From an uncultured bacterium (GTDB taxonomy: Bacteria > Patescibacteriota > Patescibacteriia > CAIQCM01): 64,000 bases of DNA. The stretch spans positions 579,740 to 643,739 of the forward strand of contig OY970181.1 in NCBI GenBank assembly GCA_963708045.1, given 5' to 3'. The notes beneath the pieces were generated by a model that was not told the origin of the DNA, made no database searches, and worked only from the letters and a program-made list of their open reading frames with translations. The position numbers and the translations under genes are program-made. Of the stretch, positions 47,372 through 56,951 are shown one piece after another (position 1 is the stretch's first letter; every line of letters begins with the position of its first letter).

Positions 47372-48379
47372 ATGTTCATAAAAAAGATTGCCATTGATCT
47401 CGGAACAACCAGCGTTTTGGTCTACGTGCCAAAGCGCGGTGTTGTTATAAACGAACCGTCGGTCGTGGCGATTTCCACAATTGATAAAAAAATAATGGCC
47501 GTTGGCAAAGAAGCTAAAGAAATGCTCGGCCGCACGCCGGACACGATTGTTGCCGTGCGTCCGCTAAAGGACGGCGTTATTGCCGACTACAAAACGACCG
47601 AGGCAATGCTTAGATATTTTATCAACAAGGCTGTTGGCGGTTTTCGTTTGTTTCGTCCCGAAGTAATGGTCGCCGTTCCGGGCGGGATCACTTCCACTGA
47701 ACGTCGCGCCGTTATTGACGCAACGATCGCCGCAGGCGCGCGCGCCGCTTATATCATCAAAGAACCAATTGTGGCTGCCATTGGTGCCGATATTCCGATC
47801 GGTTCGGCTTCCGGCCATATGATTATTGACATTGGCGGCGGCACAGCCGAAATCGCGGTCATCTCCTTGGGCGGCATTGTCGCATCCGACTCGGTCAGAA
47901 TCGGCGGCAATAAATTTGATCTGGCGATTGCCGAACATATTCGCCGCAAGTACGGACTCGCGATTGGCGAACGTACGGCCGAAGACATTAAAATCAACAT
48001 CGGCTCGGCGCTTTACTTGGACGACAAGCTCACAATGGAAATAAAAGGCCGCGATATGGTTTCTGGTCTGCCAAAAAATATCACCGTTACTTCCGAAGAC
48101 GTGACTGATGCGATCTCGGACGAGCTTCAGGGAATTGTCGCCGCGATTAAAGAAGTAATGCACCGAACGCCGCCCGAACTTTGCGCCGACGTGATGGAAA
48201 AGGGGATGATGATGTCTGGCGGTTCGTCTTTGCTCCGAAATATTGACCAGCTTTTTGGCCAAGCCATCGGCGTTCCGTGCTACGTTGCCGACGATTCGCT
48301 CTACTGCGTCGTTAAAGGCACAGGCATTGCGCTGGAAAATCTTGAAAGCTACAAGCGCTCAATTTTGGCTACAAGATAG
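47372..48379 (+). CDS. mreB: Rod shape-determining actin-like protein (MreB/Mbl)
   Basis: AIDLGTT, EPSVVA, PLKDGVIAD, DIGGGT, GERTAEDIKI, SGGSSLL. Confidence 0.96.
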   Translation: MFIKKIAIDLGTTSVLVYVPKRGVVINEPSVVAISTIDKKIMAVGKEAKEMLGRTPDTIVAVRPLKDGVIADYKTTEAMLRYFINKAVGGFRLFRPEVMVAVPGGITSTERRAVIDATIAAGARAAYIIKEPIVAAIGADIPIGSASGHMIIDIGGGTAEIAVISLGGIVASDSVRIGGNKFDLAIAEHIRRKYGLAIGERTAEDIKINIGSALYLDDKLTMEIKGRDMVSGLPKNITVTSEDVTDAISDELQGIVAAIKEVMHRTPPELCADVMEKGMMMSGGSSLLRNIDQLFGQAIGVPCYVADDSLYCVVKGTGIALENLESYKRSILATR

Positions 48380-48456
48380 GGTTTAGCGTATAGCGTATAG
48401 GGGATAGAGTTTTTTCTACACCCCTAAACCCTATACCCTTGACCCTATACCCTAAA
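48375..48456. repeat. Inverted heptamer arrays supplying the mreB stop codon
   Basis: gataggg tttagcg tatagcg tataggg gatagag ... ccctaaa ccctata cccttga ccctata ccctaaa. Confidence 0.88.
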
Positions 48457-48480
48457 GCTCGTCGTTATTTTTTTAATTTT

Positions 48481-49668
48481 ATGTACTCAGAAAATCGGCC
48501 GCCGGAGTTAGCTGAAAATACTGTTCCCAAAAAAGAAATACGGGAACTTTCGGGGGAACGTAAAAAAGCCCTTGCCGACCTTTGGACCGAGGTTGCAATT
48601 GATAACGCGATTCCGCCGCAGGAAATTGAAGCGATGTCGTCGGCGGAGATAAAAAAATGGCTTTTTGAATCACTGATGTCTGATGTGGATATTTTGGCCG
48701 AAGAATGGGGGATGGATTTAGACGTCGCTTTGATTGAAAAAATTCAGCAGACTGAGTCTGGTTTTGAACGTGAAAAATTGGAAATTGAATACTTCCTCGC
48801 CGCACACGCAAAAATAGACGAGCGGGTTAAAAAATTTTCCCGTTCGCCAGAAAAAAGCGCCAAATGGGATTCGTGGCCAAAAAAGATGCGCGAAACCGGC
48901 GAATTTAATTGTGTCGGCGCAACTCTTCTCGGAATCCGCGCCTTAGGCGCGGCGGGAATTGAAAATTATCTTGGCAATCCGTATGGCCACGCCGTTAATA
49001 TAGTCAAAACTTCGGCCGGCAATTGGTTTTATGTTGATTTTCGGAACGGAAAAAGGAATGTGTTTAATTTAGAACCGGAAATTGTCAAAATTAACGAAGT
49101 GACCGTTTTAAAGGTAAAAAGTCCGAGAACAGATTATCGTTTAATTCCCATCGACGACGTTGAAGATATTTCAAGTTCAATTATTGCAAATTTTTCTTCG
49201 CTCGCGCGGGAGGCTGTTGATCCGTCCGTTCCCGACCAAAGCCCAGAAAAAAAGGACGCCAAAGAAATTATGGATCGCTACGGAGCCAAGCTTAACTGCG
49301 AGGAGTTGGATGATTTTGACGAAGCGCTTTTCCCTGGGATAATTCATTTTGACGAGACTCCGGAAACACAAGAAGAGAAGCGTCGCCTAAAAAGCCAGAG
49401 AAATTTTGAAGATGAGATTGCTGTTTATCTTCGCGCGTTTCCGGATGGAACTGAAGAGCGAGAGCGTATTAACGCAGAAATTAAAAAAAATTGGGAAAAG
49501 ATGATAGCTTTTATTCTCCGCGACGATCGGACAATCTTTGAAGGCGCGAGCGATAATTTTAAGGCGTTTTTAAAAGTTTTGGATGGCGCGCTCAGTCGTT
49601 TAAAAAGCCAGCCGCCGGAAATTCGCGACGAAGTCATCGCGACGCTCATTGGCAGAATAAAAAGCTAG
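48481..49668 (+). CDS. Hypothetical protein with a probable transglutaminase/papain-like Cys-His-Asp core
   Basis: FNCVGATLLG...GHAVNIV..GNWFYVD. Confidence 0.6.
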   Translation: MYSENRPPELAENTVPKKEIRELSGERKKALADLWTEVAIDNAIPPQEIEAMSSAEIKKWLFESLMSDVDILAEEWGMDLDVALIEKIQQTESGFEREKLEIEYFLAAHAKIDERVKKFSRSPEKSAKWDSWPKKMRETGEFNCVGATLLGIRALGAAGIENYLGNPYGHAVNIVKTSAGNWFYVDFRNGKRNVFNLEPEIVKINEVTVLKVKSPRTDYRLIPIDDVEDISSSIIANFSSLAREAVDPSVPDQSPEKKDAKEIMDRYGAKLNCEELDDFDEALFPGIIHFDETPETQEEKRRLKSQRNFEDEIAVYLRAFPDGTEERERINAEIKKNWEKMIAFILRDDRTIFEGASDNFKAFLKVLDGALSRLKSQPPEIRDEVIATLIGRIKS

Positions 49669-49698
49669 GTACCTAGGATAAAGTATTTAATCCAAATT

Positions 49699-49747
49699 CC
49701 TAAAACTCTATACCCTATACCCAAAACCCTTGACCCTAAACCCTATG
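49699..49747. repeat. Heptamer tract ending in the GT4 start codon
   Basis: cctaaaa ctctata ccctata cccaaaa cccttga ccctaaa ccctATG. Confidence 0.85.
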
Positions 49748-50815
49748 CTCATCGGAATAGACGCCTCGCGCGCCGAGGCAAAAATTAAAACTGGCGTTGA
49801 GCGGTATTCGTTTGAACTAATCCGCGCGCTGCGCGCTTCTCTTCCGATGAACACGGAGGTTGTTTTGTATTCGCGCGTGCCGCTAAGTTCCGAGCTCGGA
49901 CCGTTTAACGAAAATTGGAAAAACGTCGTTTTGAGCTGGCCGCCCAAGCGGCTTTGGACGCAGTTTCGTTTAAGCTGGGAAATGTTTCGCCGCCCGCCGG
50001 ACGTCTTGTTTATTCCAAGCCACGAATTGCCGCGGATTATCGCGAAAAAAACAGTGAAGACAGTACACGACGCGTTTTTTATGGATAATCCGAAAATGTT
50101 TCCGTGGCACGAGCGAATATTTTTAAAGGCAAGCCTTTTTGATTCTTGCCGCCGCGCGAACACAATTATTGTTCCGTCAAATTTTGTAGCGCAGCAAATC
50201 AATAAATGGCGAAAGGAAAATGTTACAGTTATACCTCATGGCGTCAGAGTTTCTCGTATGTCAGATCCACAAGCCACAAGCTACAAGCCACAAGCCTACT
50301 TTATTGTCCTAGGGCGGATTGAAAAAAAGAAAAATTTGGACGTTGTGATTGATGCCTTTAATGAATTTGTAAAAAATCACCCCGACTACAAATTATATTT
50401 TGTCGGACGCTTTGCAAACGGCGCGGAAGAAATTGTAAAACGTGCACAAAAAACCGCCGCCATAAAGAATATTGAATTTTTGGGCGCGCTACCTGACGCC
50501 GAGATGTTTTCTTTAATGAAGGGTGCAGTCGCCTTGCTTCACCCTTGTCCGTATGAGGGGTTTGGTCTGCCAGCGATTGAAGCAATGTCTTTAGGCGTGC
50601 CCGTCATTGTCGCTGCTGAAGGCGCAATTGCCGAAGCCGTGGGCGACGCCGGCCTTAGCGCCCCGCCCTTTGATGCGGCTAAATGGGCCGAAGCGATGAA
50701 CCAGATCACTTTTGATATTTTTAGAAAAAATTTAATAGAAAAAGGTTTAGCTCGCGCAAAAGATTTCACCTGGCCAAAATCCGCCGCCCAAACTTGGCGT
50801 GCACTTATTGGTTAG
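49745..50815 (+). CDS. Glycosyltransferase family 4 (mannosyltransferase-like)
   Basis: IGIDAS..TGVERY; GRIEKKKNL; YEGFGLPAIEAMSLGVPV; FTW..A..T. Confidence 0.93.
   Translation: MLIGIDASRAEAKIKTGVERYSFELIRALRASLPMNTEVVLYSRVPLSSELGPFNENWKNVVLSWPPKRLWTQFRLSWEMFRRPPDVLFIPSHELPRIIAKKTVKTVHDAFFMDNPKMFPWHERIFLKASLFDSCRRANTIIVPSNFVAQQINKWRKENVTVIPHGVRVSRMSDPQATSYKPQAYFIVLGRIEKKKNLDVVIDAFNEFVKNHPDYKLYFVGRFANGAEEIVKRAQKTAAIKNIEFLGALPDAEMFSLMKGAVALLHPCPYEGFGLPAIEAMSLGVPVIVAAEGAIAEAVGDAGLSAPPFDAAKWAEAMNQITFDIFRKNLIEKGLARAKDFTWPKSAAQTWRALIG
50267..50294. repeat. Heptamer tract inside the GT4 ORF
   Basis: ccacaag ccacaag ctacaag ccacaag, translated as PQATSYKPQ. Confidence 0.8.
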
Positions 50816-50890
50816 CTTTTAGTTTTTAGAAGGGGTATAATATTTAAAAGCTGTTACTGAGCGTTCATTCTTTGTTATTTTGATCTTTCA

Positions 50891-52663
50891 ATGGAAAAAG
50901 AAAAAACCATAAAAATTTTAAATTTAAAAACGCTTCTGGCGGTTTTGTTTTTTGGTATTTTTGGATTTCTTTTTAGCGCACATTCGGCTTTGGCTGCATC
51001 ATTATATATTTCGCCGTCTTCAGCCTCGGTTGCTCCTGGGAAAAGTGTAACTGTGTCTATCGGCGTCGTAAGTTCCGACCAAGCAATGAACGCGGCTTCT
51101 GGCGTTTTAACTTTCCCCGCCGATAAGTTAGAAGTTGTTTCTGTCTCCAAAACCGGTTCCATTATCAGTTTGTGGGTACAAGAACCGTCGTCAACCGCAA
51201 GCACGGTTAATTTTGAAGGAATTGTTTTAAACCCGGGTTACACTGGTTCGGCTGGAAAAATTCTTTCTGTTACTTTTAAAGCTAAAGCCGCCGGCGCCGC
51301 TAATCTTTCTTTTTCTTCGGGCTCGGTTTTAGCGAACGATGGTGAGGGAACGAATATTCTTTCGGGAATGGGCAAAGCCACAATAACAATTACTGGTGCT
51401 ACGGAAAAACCCGAAACGCCTGTTTCGCCAGTTGTTCCACCAACCGAAAACCAGCCAACCACAGCCAACCTTCCGCCGACACCGGTTGTGGCTTCGGTTA
51501 GTCATCAAAATCCAAACATTTGGTATCAAAACACCACGGTTGATTTTCACTGGACGCTTCCTAAGGGCGTGACGGCGGTGAGTTATCTTGTGAACGATAA
51601 ACCGGAATCAAATCCGGGAACGGTTTCCGATGGTCTTGTTTCTTCATATTCCTTAAAAAACGCGAGCGACGGGATTGGTTATTTCCATCTTCGGTATAAA
51701 AATTCCGCCGGTTGGGGACCGATTGCGGACTTCCGTTTTCAAGTTGATACAACCACACCTGCGCCCTTTGGCATAAAACAAATTGAACGATCAGGCGCGA
51801 ACGTTTCGGAGCCAGCGTTTGTCTGGGGTGCGACCGATACAATTTCGGACATTGATCGCTACGAAGTAAAAATTGACGACGGTGCGGCAATCAAAATCGC
51901 CGCCAATCAAATAACATCAGAAAATCCGTACCTACTTCCATCTGGGCTTTCTGGTAATCATCGTCTTTTGGTTACGGCTTTTGATAAAGCTGGTAATCAT
52001 AGTTCGGCAAATGCTGATTTTACCGTGAGCGCGCTTGAAAAACCGATAATAACGAGATATTCGCAACGTCTGAATGCTGGCGAACAAATGGTTGTAGAAG
52101 GAAAAACGGGTTATCCGGAAATGCCAATCTTAATTTTTGTTGAAGTTAATGGCGATAATCCAAAAATCACTACGGTACGTACCGATGCGCAGGGCAGCTT
52201 CTATTATATTGATTCCGAGCGCGTGAGCGCTGGCATATACAAAATTTGGGCGCAAACGGTTAATGAAAAAGGTATTAAGAGTCCGGCTAGCGACCAAGTA
52301 ACAATAATCGTTGAAGCAGCTGCGTTTGATGGTTCTTGGAAATATCTCATCGTTCTTATTGCGCTGCTGTTAGTTGTTATTCATATCTATATATTTTTAC
52401 GCCGCCGCCGAGAATTATTTCTGCGAAAAGAGAACATTAGAAACGGTTCGGGTGAATTGCAAGAAGCGCTGCATCAAGCTTTTACCCTCCTAAAAGAACG
52501 TCTTTATGCGCAAGTCAGAAACTTGGAGCACGCGAGCGAAAAGCGTCGTCTTACCATTTTGGAAGAAAGAATGATTAAAGAAATTAAAAAAGATTTGGCC
52601 GACGCGGAAAAAATGTTAAGCGATAAAATTAGCAAGTTAAAACGCGGTAAAAACCGGGTATAA
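50891..52663 (+). CDS. Cohesin-like domain surface protein with Ig-like domains and C-terminal TM
   Basis: ASLYISPSS..MNAASGVLTFP..SLWVQEP..VLANDGEGT; DKAGN; C-terminal TM plus coiled coil. Confidence 0.8.
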   Translation: MEKEKTIKILNLKTLLAVLFFGIFGFLFSAHSALAASLYISPSSASVAPGKSVTVSIGVVSSDQAMNAASGVLTFPADKLEVVSVSKTGSIISLWVQEPSSTASTVNFEGIVLNPGYTGSAGKILSVTFKAKAAGAANLSFSSGSVLANDGEGTNILSGMGKATITITGATEKPETPVSPVVPPTENQPTTANLPPTPVVASVSHQNPNIWYQNTTVDFHWTLPKGVTAVSYLVNDKPESNPGTVSDGLVSSYSLKNASDGIGYFHLRYKNSAGWGPIADFRFQVDTTTPAPFGIKQIERSGANVSEPAFVWGATDTISDIDRYEVKIDDGAAIKIAANQITSENPYLLPSGLSGNHRLLVTAFDKAGNHSSANADFTVSALEKPIITRYSQRLNAGEQMVVEGKTGYPEMPILIFVEVNGDNPKITTVRTDAQGSFYYIDSERVSAGIYKIWAQTVNEKGIKSPASDQVTIIVEAAAFDGSWKYLIVLIALLLVVIHIYIFLRRRRELFLRKENIRNGSGELQEALHQAFTLLKERLYAQVRNLEHASEKRRLTILEERMIKEIKKDLADAEKMLSDKISKLKRGKNRV

Positions 52664-52704
52664 AAAGCGTTGCCTCGGCCGCTTAATAAAGCTATACTCT
52701 AGGT

Positions 52705-53661
52705 ATGGATTATTTATTAAACGACGAGATTGTTGGCCACGACGCTTTGCGCGGCTTTTTGTCGCGTTCGCTCAAAGATTTGCATCATCATGCCTATCTT
52801 TTGGCTGGGCCGGAAGGGGCGGGCAAAGATACAGTGGCGCGCGCGTTTGTGGGCGGGCTGGTTGGAAAAAAGATTAATGATTGGTCAGAAATTGTTTCAA
52901 ACGTTGATATTCACGTATTAAGACGCGATGAAGAAAAAAAATTAATCGGCGTTGCTGAACTGCGTAATTTTCAAAGTCATTTTATGGTTAGCGGTTTTGG
53001 TAATGGGTATAAAATCGGGGTTATTCTTGGAGCACACGAACTGAGTATTGAAGCGGCAAATGCTTTTCTTAAAACACTGGAAGAGCCGCCAGGACGCTCG
53101 GTTTTTATTTTGCTTGCCGACGATATTTCGGCAATACCCGCAACGATTGCCTCGCGAAGCGCAGTTTTGCGTTTTTTGCCGGTTGCCGAAAACGTAATTG
53201 TGGCGGCACTTACCAAGCGTGGCGTGGACACCGCCGAAGCACGTCTGCTTGCCCGCGAGGCAAATGGCCTCCCTGGTCTCGCGATTTCTTTGCTTAACGA
53301 CAAAAAAGGAACGCTGGTTCGCCGTGGTAAGGTTAACGATTTTTTGGATTTTGCCGTGCGTCCGCTTGCGGGACGAATTGCTATGGCTGCTGATTTGGCC
53401 GAGGCGAAAAAACCAGCCGCCGATCTTGGGGCGCAATTTGATCTCTGGCTTTCGGTTCTCCGTGACGCACTTTTAATAAAATCCGGCAACCGCGAACTAG
53501 TCGCAAACGCTGTTCACGAAGAAAAGATCGTCGCTCTTACCAAACCATTTACGATGGATAAAATTCGCGCCGTTATTAAAGCGATTGTTTTGGGAAAGAA
53601 AATGCTGGGAGCAAATGTTAACCCGCGTTTAATAATTGAAAATATCGCCCTATCCCTCTAA
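52705..53661 (+). CDS. holB: DNA polymerase III delta' subunit
   Basis: HAYLLAGPEGAGK, AANAFLKTLEEPP, TIASRS. Confidence 0.9.
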   Translation: MDYLLNDEIVGHDALRGFLSRSLKDLHHHAYLLAGPEGAGKDTVARAFVGGLVGKKINDWSEIVSNVDIHVLRRDEEKKLIGVAELRNFQSHFMVSGFGNGYKIGVILGAHELSIEAANAFLKTLEEPPGRSVFILLADDISAIPATIASRSAVLRFLPVAENVIVAALTKRGVDTAEARLLAREANGLPGLAISLLNDKKGTLVRRGKVNDFLDFAVRPLAGRIAMAADLAEAKKPAADLGAQFDLWLSVLRDALLIKSGNRELVANAVHEEKIVALTKPFTMDKIRAVIKAIVLGKKMLGANVNPRLIIENIALSL

Positions 53662-53680
53662 CAAATTAGTAAATATTATT

Positions 53681-54736
53681 ATGAAAAAATTTTTAAAAAT
53701 CGCCCCCGTTCTGCTTACGCTTTTCTTTTTCGGCCAATCTTGTCCGTTTCAACTTGCTGGTAGTGGCGCGCCCGATGGGGGGATTATCAAGACGGCGGAT
53801 GGCGGCGCAAATTGGGCGTTAAAGGGCGCAGTTCTTTCCACGGCCGGCGGACGAACACTTTCGCAAACCGACGTCTTAAGTTTGGTCGCCGATCCGGCTG
53901 AACCCGCGACCATATATATCGGGACGGCGGCAAATGGCCTTTTTTATACGGTAGACAATGGTGAGTCTTGGTTTCAGCCGTCAATGCTCGCTTCGGCAAA
54001 AATTAACGCCATTGCTGTTCATCCAAAAAATAAATGTGTCGTTTACGCCGTCTCTGGCAATGTCGTTGTAAAGACAGTTGACTGCGCTCGCACCTGGGCG
54101 AAAGTTTTTGAGGATACGCGCGGCGACGTCGCGATAAACACGATCGGCGTAGACGCTTTTAATCCGGCGATTATTTATCTTGGTACTTCAAAAGGCGACG
54201 TTATTAAATCAACGAACGATGGCGCGAGCTGGGGTACGTTAAAAGTTCTTTCAAGCTCAATTGTGGCGATGCCGATTGACCCGTTTGATTCGCGAATCCT
54301 TTATGCGGCGACTCGCTCAAATGGCGTTTGGAAAAGTACTGACGCTGGCGCAAATTGGATGGACGTAAGCGGAGAGATGAACAATCGCGACGGCGCCAAG
54401 GAAATTTTTGGCCTTTACCCCGATCGTTCCAAACGTGATTCTTATGTTGTAGTGTCAACCTTTGGGTTAATGCGCACGGTGGACGCTGGTAGTCACTGGG
54501 ATATTATTCGTTTGCTTACGCCATCGGGTCAGGCGCGGATTTACGGTTTTGCAATGAACCCCGGAAACGGCTTGGAAATGTACTATGCAACGGCGACGAT
54601 TTTTTACAAATCAACCGACGGCGGCGCGCACTGGACGACCAAGCGACTGCCGACGACGCGCGTTGGAAATGTTCTCCTCGTTGACGCAAAGAGCCCGAAT
54701 GTAATATATTTAGGAACGCTTAAATTAAAAAAGTAA
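53681..54736 (+). CDS. BNR/Asp-box (YCF48-like) beta-propeller lipoprotein
   Basis: FFGQSC lipobox-like motif; repeated (S/T).DGG..W Asp-boxes. Confidence 0.85.
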   Translation: MKKFLKIAPVLLTLFFFGQSCPFQLAGSGAPDGGIIKTADGGANWALKGAVLSTAGGRTLSQTDVLSLVADPAEPATIYIGTAANGLFYTVDNGESWFQPSMLASAKINAIAVHPKNKCVVYAVSGNVVVKTVDCARTWAKVFEDTRGDVAINTIGVDAFNPAIIYLGTSKGDVIKSTNDGASWGTLKVLSSSIVAMPIDPFDSRILYAATRSNGVWKSTDAGANWMDVSGEMNNRDGAKEIFGLYPDRSKRDSYVVVSTFGLMRTVDAGSHWDIIRLLTPSGQARIYGFAMNPGNGLEMYYATATIFYKSTDGGAHWTTKRLPTTRVGNVLLVDAKSPNVIYLGTLKLKK

Positions 54737-54765
54737 CCAATTGGCAAGTTTTAGCCCATATAAAT

Positions 54766-55320
54766 ATGCATGATCTTATTGCGATGTTTAAGCCGGATTT
54801 TCAAAAATCCATTGACCATCTTAAGTTGGGATTAACCTCAATCCGTACGGGACGCGCAACCTCGGCCTTGGTTGAGAATATTCAGGTGGAAGCCTATGGC
54901 GGGTCAATGCCGGTTAAGGGCGTGGCCGGGATCGGCGTTCCCGACGCAAAAACGATTACCATTGATCCTTGGGACAAGTCGCTCATAAAAAATATTGAAA
55001 AAGGTATTCGCGACGCTGGTGTCGGACTAAATCCCGTAAATGAAGGGACGATGCTTCGTATTGTTATTCCGCAGCTTTCCGAAGAAAATCGCCGCGAACT
55101 TACTCGCGTTGTCGGTGAAAAAATTGAAGAAGCGCGCGAGCGGCTAAGAAGCACGCGCGAGGAGTGTAAAGAAACGATTATTACGGCGGAACGCGAAAAA
55201 GAAATCGCCGAAGACGAGCGCTATCAGCTAACCGACGAATTGGAAAAGCTGGTAGGACAATTTAACGACGATGTTAAAAAGATTGGTGAGGATAAGGAAA
55301 AGGAAATTATGACTATTTAG
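54766..55320 (+). CDS. frr: Ribosome recycling factor
   Basis: SIRTGRA, PWDK, IPQLSEENRREL, KEKEIMTI. Confidence 0.97.
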   Translation: MHDLIAMFKPDFQKSIDHLKLGLTSIRTGRATSALVENIQVEAYGGSMPVKGVAGIGVPDAKTITIDPWDKSLIKNIEKGIRDAGVGLNPVNEGTMLRIVIPQLSEENRRELTRVVGEKIEEARERLRSTREECKETIITAEREKEIAEDERYQLTDELEKLVGQFNDDVKKIGEDKEKEIMTI

Positions 55321-55321
55321 T

Positions 55322-55589
55322 GATCTCTGCGAAATAATTATTTATTTCGCCTCAAAAATTAGAACTGATTACCTTCATAATTATTTTCTGTATAATCGTA
55401 CTATCACCTTGGCCGTTTCGGCGAAATAAATAATTATTTCGCAGAGATCGCAGGGGGGGGTGGGCGCGGCGGAAAATATTATTTCTTCGCCGAAACGGTT
55501 TTGGTCGGAAGTAGATTAATAAAATAATTTAGCAGGCGTGATGTTGAGGCTAATTTTTGAGGCGAAGAAATAATATTTTCCGCCGCGCC
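55322..55589. repeat. Four-arm palindromic element
   Basis: Perfect IRs 55322-55351/55420-55449 (30 bp) and 55463-55491/55561-55589 (29 bp), plus cross-complementarity between the two. Confidence 0.9.
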
Positions 55590-55607
55590 ATAAAACATAA
55601 AATCTCT

Positions 55608-56939
55608 ATGACAGAAAACATAATGGAAAAAATTGTGTCGCTCGCGAAACGCCGCGGCTTTGTTTTTCAAGGCAGCGAACTCTATGGCGGGCTTCAGGGC
55701 ACTTGGGACTATGGTCCGCTTGGTGTGTTAATGAAAAATAATATCAAAGCCGCGTGGTGGAAAAAGAATATTCAAGAGCGTGGCGATATGGTCGGGTTGG
55801 ACGCCGCGATTTTAATGAATCGCAAAGTTTGGGAAGCTTCGGGGCACACCAAATTTATGTTTGACGATTTGGTTGAGTGTAAGGCTTGTCATCACCGTTT
55901 TCGTAAAGATAAAGTCGGTCCAAAGTGTCCAGACTGCGGCGGCGAATTTTCCGAAGCCAAACCATTTAATTTAATGCTTGAAACGACGGTTGGTCCGGCG
56001 GCAACCGATGACGCAAAAATATTTTTGCGTCCCGAAACAGCGCAGGGAATTTTTGTTGACTATCAACTGATTCAAGAAACTTCGCGCCGTCGCCTGCCTT
56101 TTGGCGTCGGTCAAATTGGCAAGTCGTTCCGAAACGAAATCACGCCGGGAAATTTTGTTTTTCGCGTGCGCGAGTTTGAACAAATGGAAATTGAATATTT
56201 CTGCCGTCCCGAAGAGGGTATGGCGAAATACGAAGAGTGGCGCGAGGCGCGTTTGTCTTGGTGGCTAGAGCTTGGTATTAAAAAAGAAAACATTCGTTTT
56301 TACGAATATAAAAAAGAAGAACTCGCACACTATAGCGCCGGCACGACCGATGTGGAATTTGCTTTTCCGTTCGGCAAGAATGGCTGGGACGAACTTGAAG
56401 GTATTGCTTACCGCACTGACTTTGACCTTAAGGCGCACATCGCCGCTTCGGGCGAGGATCTTGGTTATTTTGACGAAGAAACCAAAACAAAAATCGTGCC
56501 GCATGTGGTAGAGCCGTCGGCTGGCGTTGATCGCGCTTTCCTTGCTTTTATGTTGAACGGCTACGAAGAAATTTCCGGCGGTCGCTCCACCACGACCGAA
56601 GCCAACAAAGAAGTTGAAGTTGTTTTGCATTTGCACCCAGCTATTGCGCCTTACAAGGTCGCGGTTTTGCCGCTGTCTAAAAAAGCGGAGATTAGCGCTC
56701 CGGCCAAAGAACTCGCGGCAACCCTGCGCAAACGCTGGAGCGTAGATTATGATGAAGTCGCCTCAATTGGCCGTCGTTATCGCCGCGAAGACGAAATTGG
56801 CACGCCGTATTGCATTACTTTTGATTTTGATTCACTTGATGACAAAAAAGTTACGGTTCGCGATCGCGACACGATGAAACAAGACCGCGTGGCAATAGAA
56901 GAATTGGAAGCCTACCTTGAAGAAAAACTTCGTTACTAA
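55608..56939 (+). CDS. glyQS: Glycine--tRNA ligase (alpha2 type)
   Basis: KRRGF..DYGPLG, LRPETAQGIF, FRNEITPGNF.FR.REFEQME, PHVVEPSAG.DR, IGRRYRR.DEIGTP. Confidence 0.97.
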   Translation: MTENIMEKIVSLAKRRGFVFQGSELYGGLQGTWDYGPLGVLMKNNIKAAWWKKNIQERGDMVGLDAAILMNRKVWEASGHTKFMFDDLVECKACHHRFRKDKVGPKCPDCGGEFSEAKPFNLMLETTVGPAATDDAKIFLRPETAQGIFVDYQLIQETSRRRLPFGVGQIGKSFRNEITPGNFVFRVREFEQMEIEYFCRPEEGMAKYEEWREARLSWWLELGIKKENIRFYEYKKEELAHYSAGTTDVEFAFPFGKNGWDELEGIAYRTDFDLKAHIAASGEDLGYFDEETKTKIVPHVVEPSAGVDRAFLAFMLNGYEEISGGRSTTTEANKEVEVVLHLHPAIAPYKVAVLPLSKKAEISAPAKELAATLRKRWSVDYDEVASIGRRYRREDEIGTPYCITFDFDSLDDKKVTVRDRDTMKQDRVAIEELEAYLEEKLRY

Positions 56940-56951
56940 ACCCCAAAAAAA

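Noticed and set aside
55322-55607. T-box riboswitch upstream of glyQS
   Set aside because: GGGTGG occurs at ~55458 but lacks the following ACC/RCG consensus and a terminator; the perfect long IRs do not resemble Stem I.
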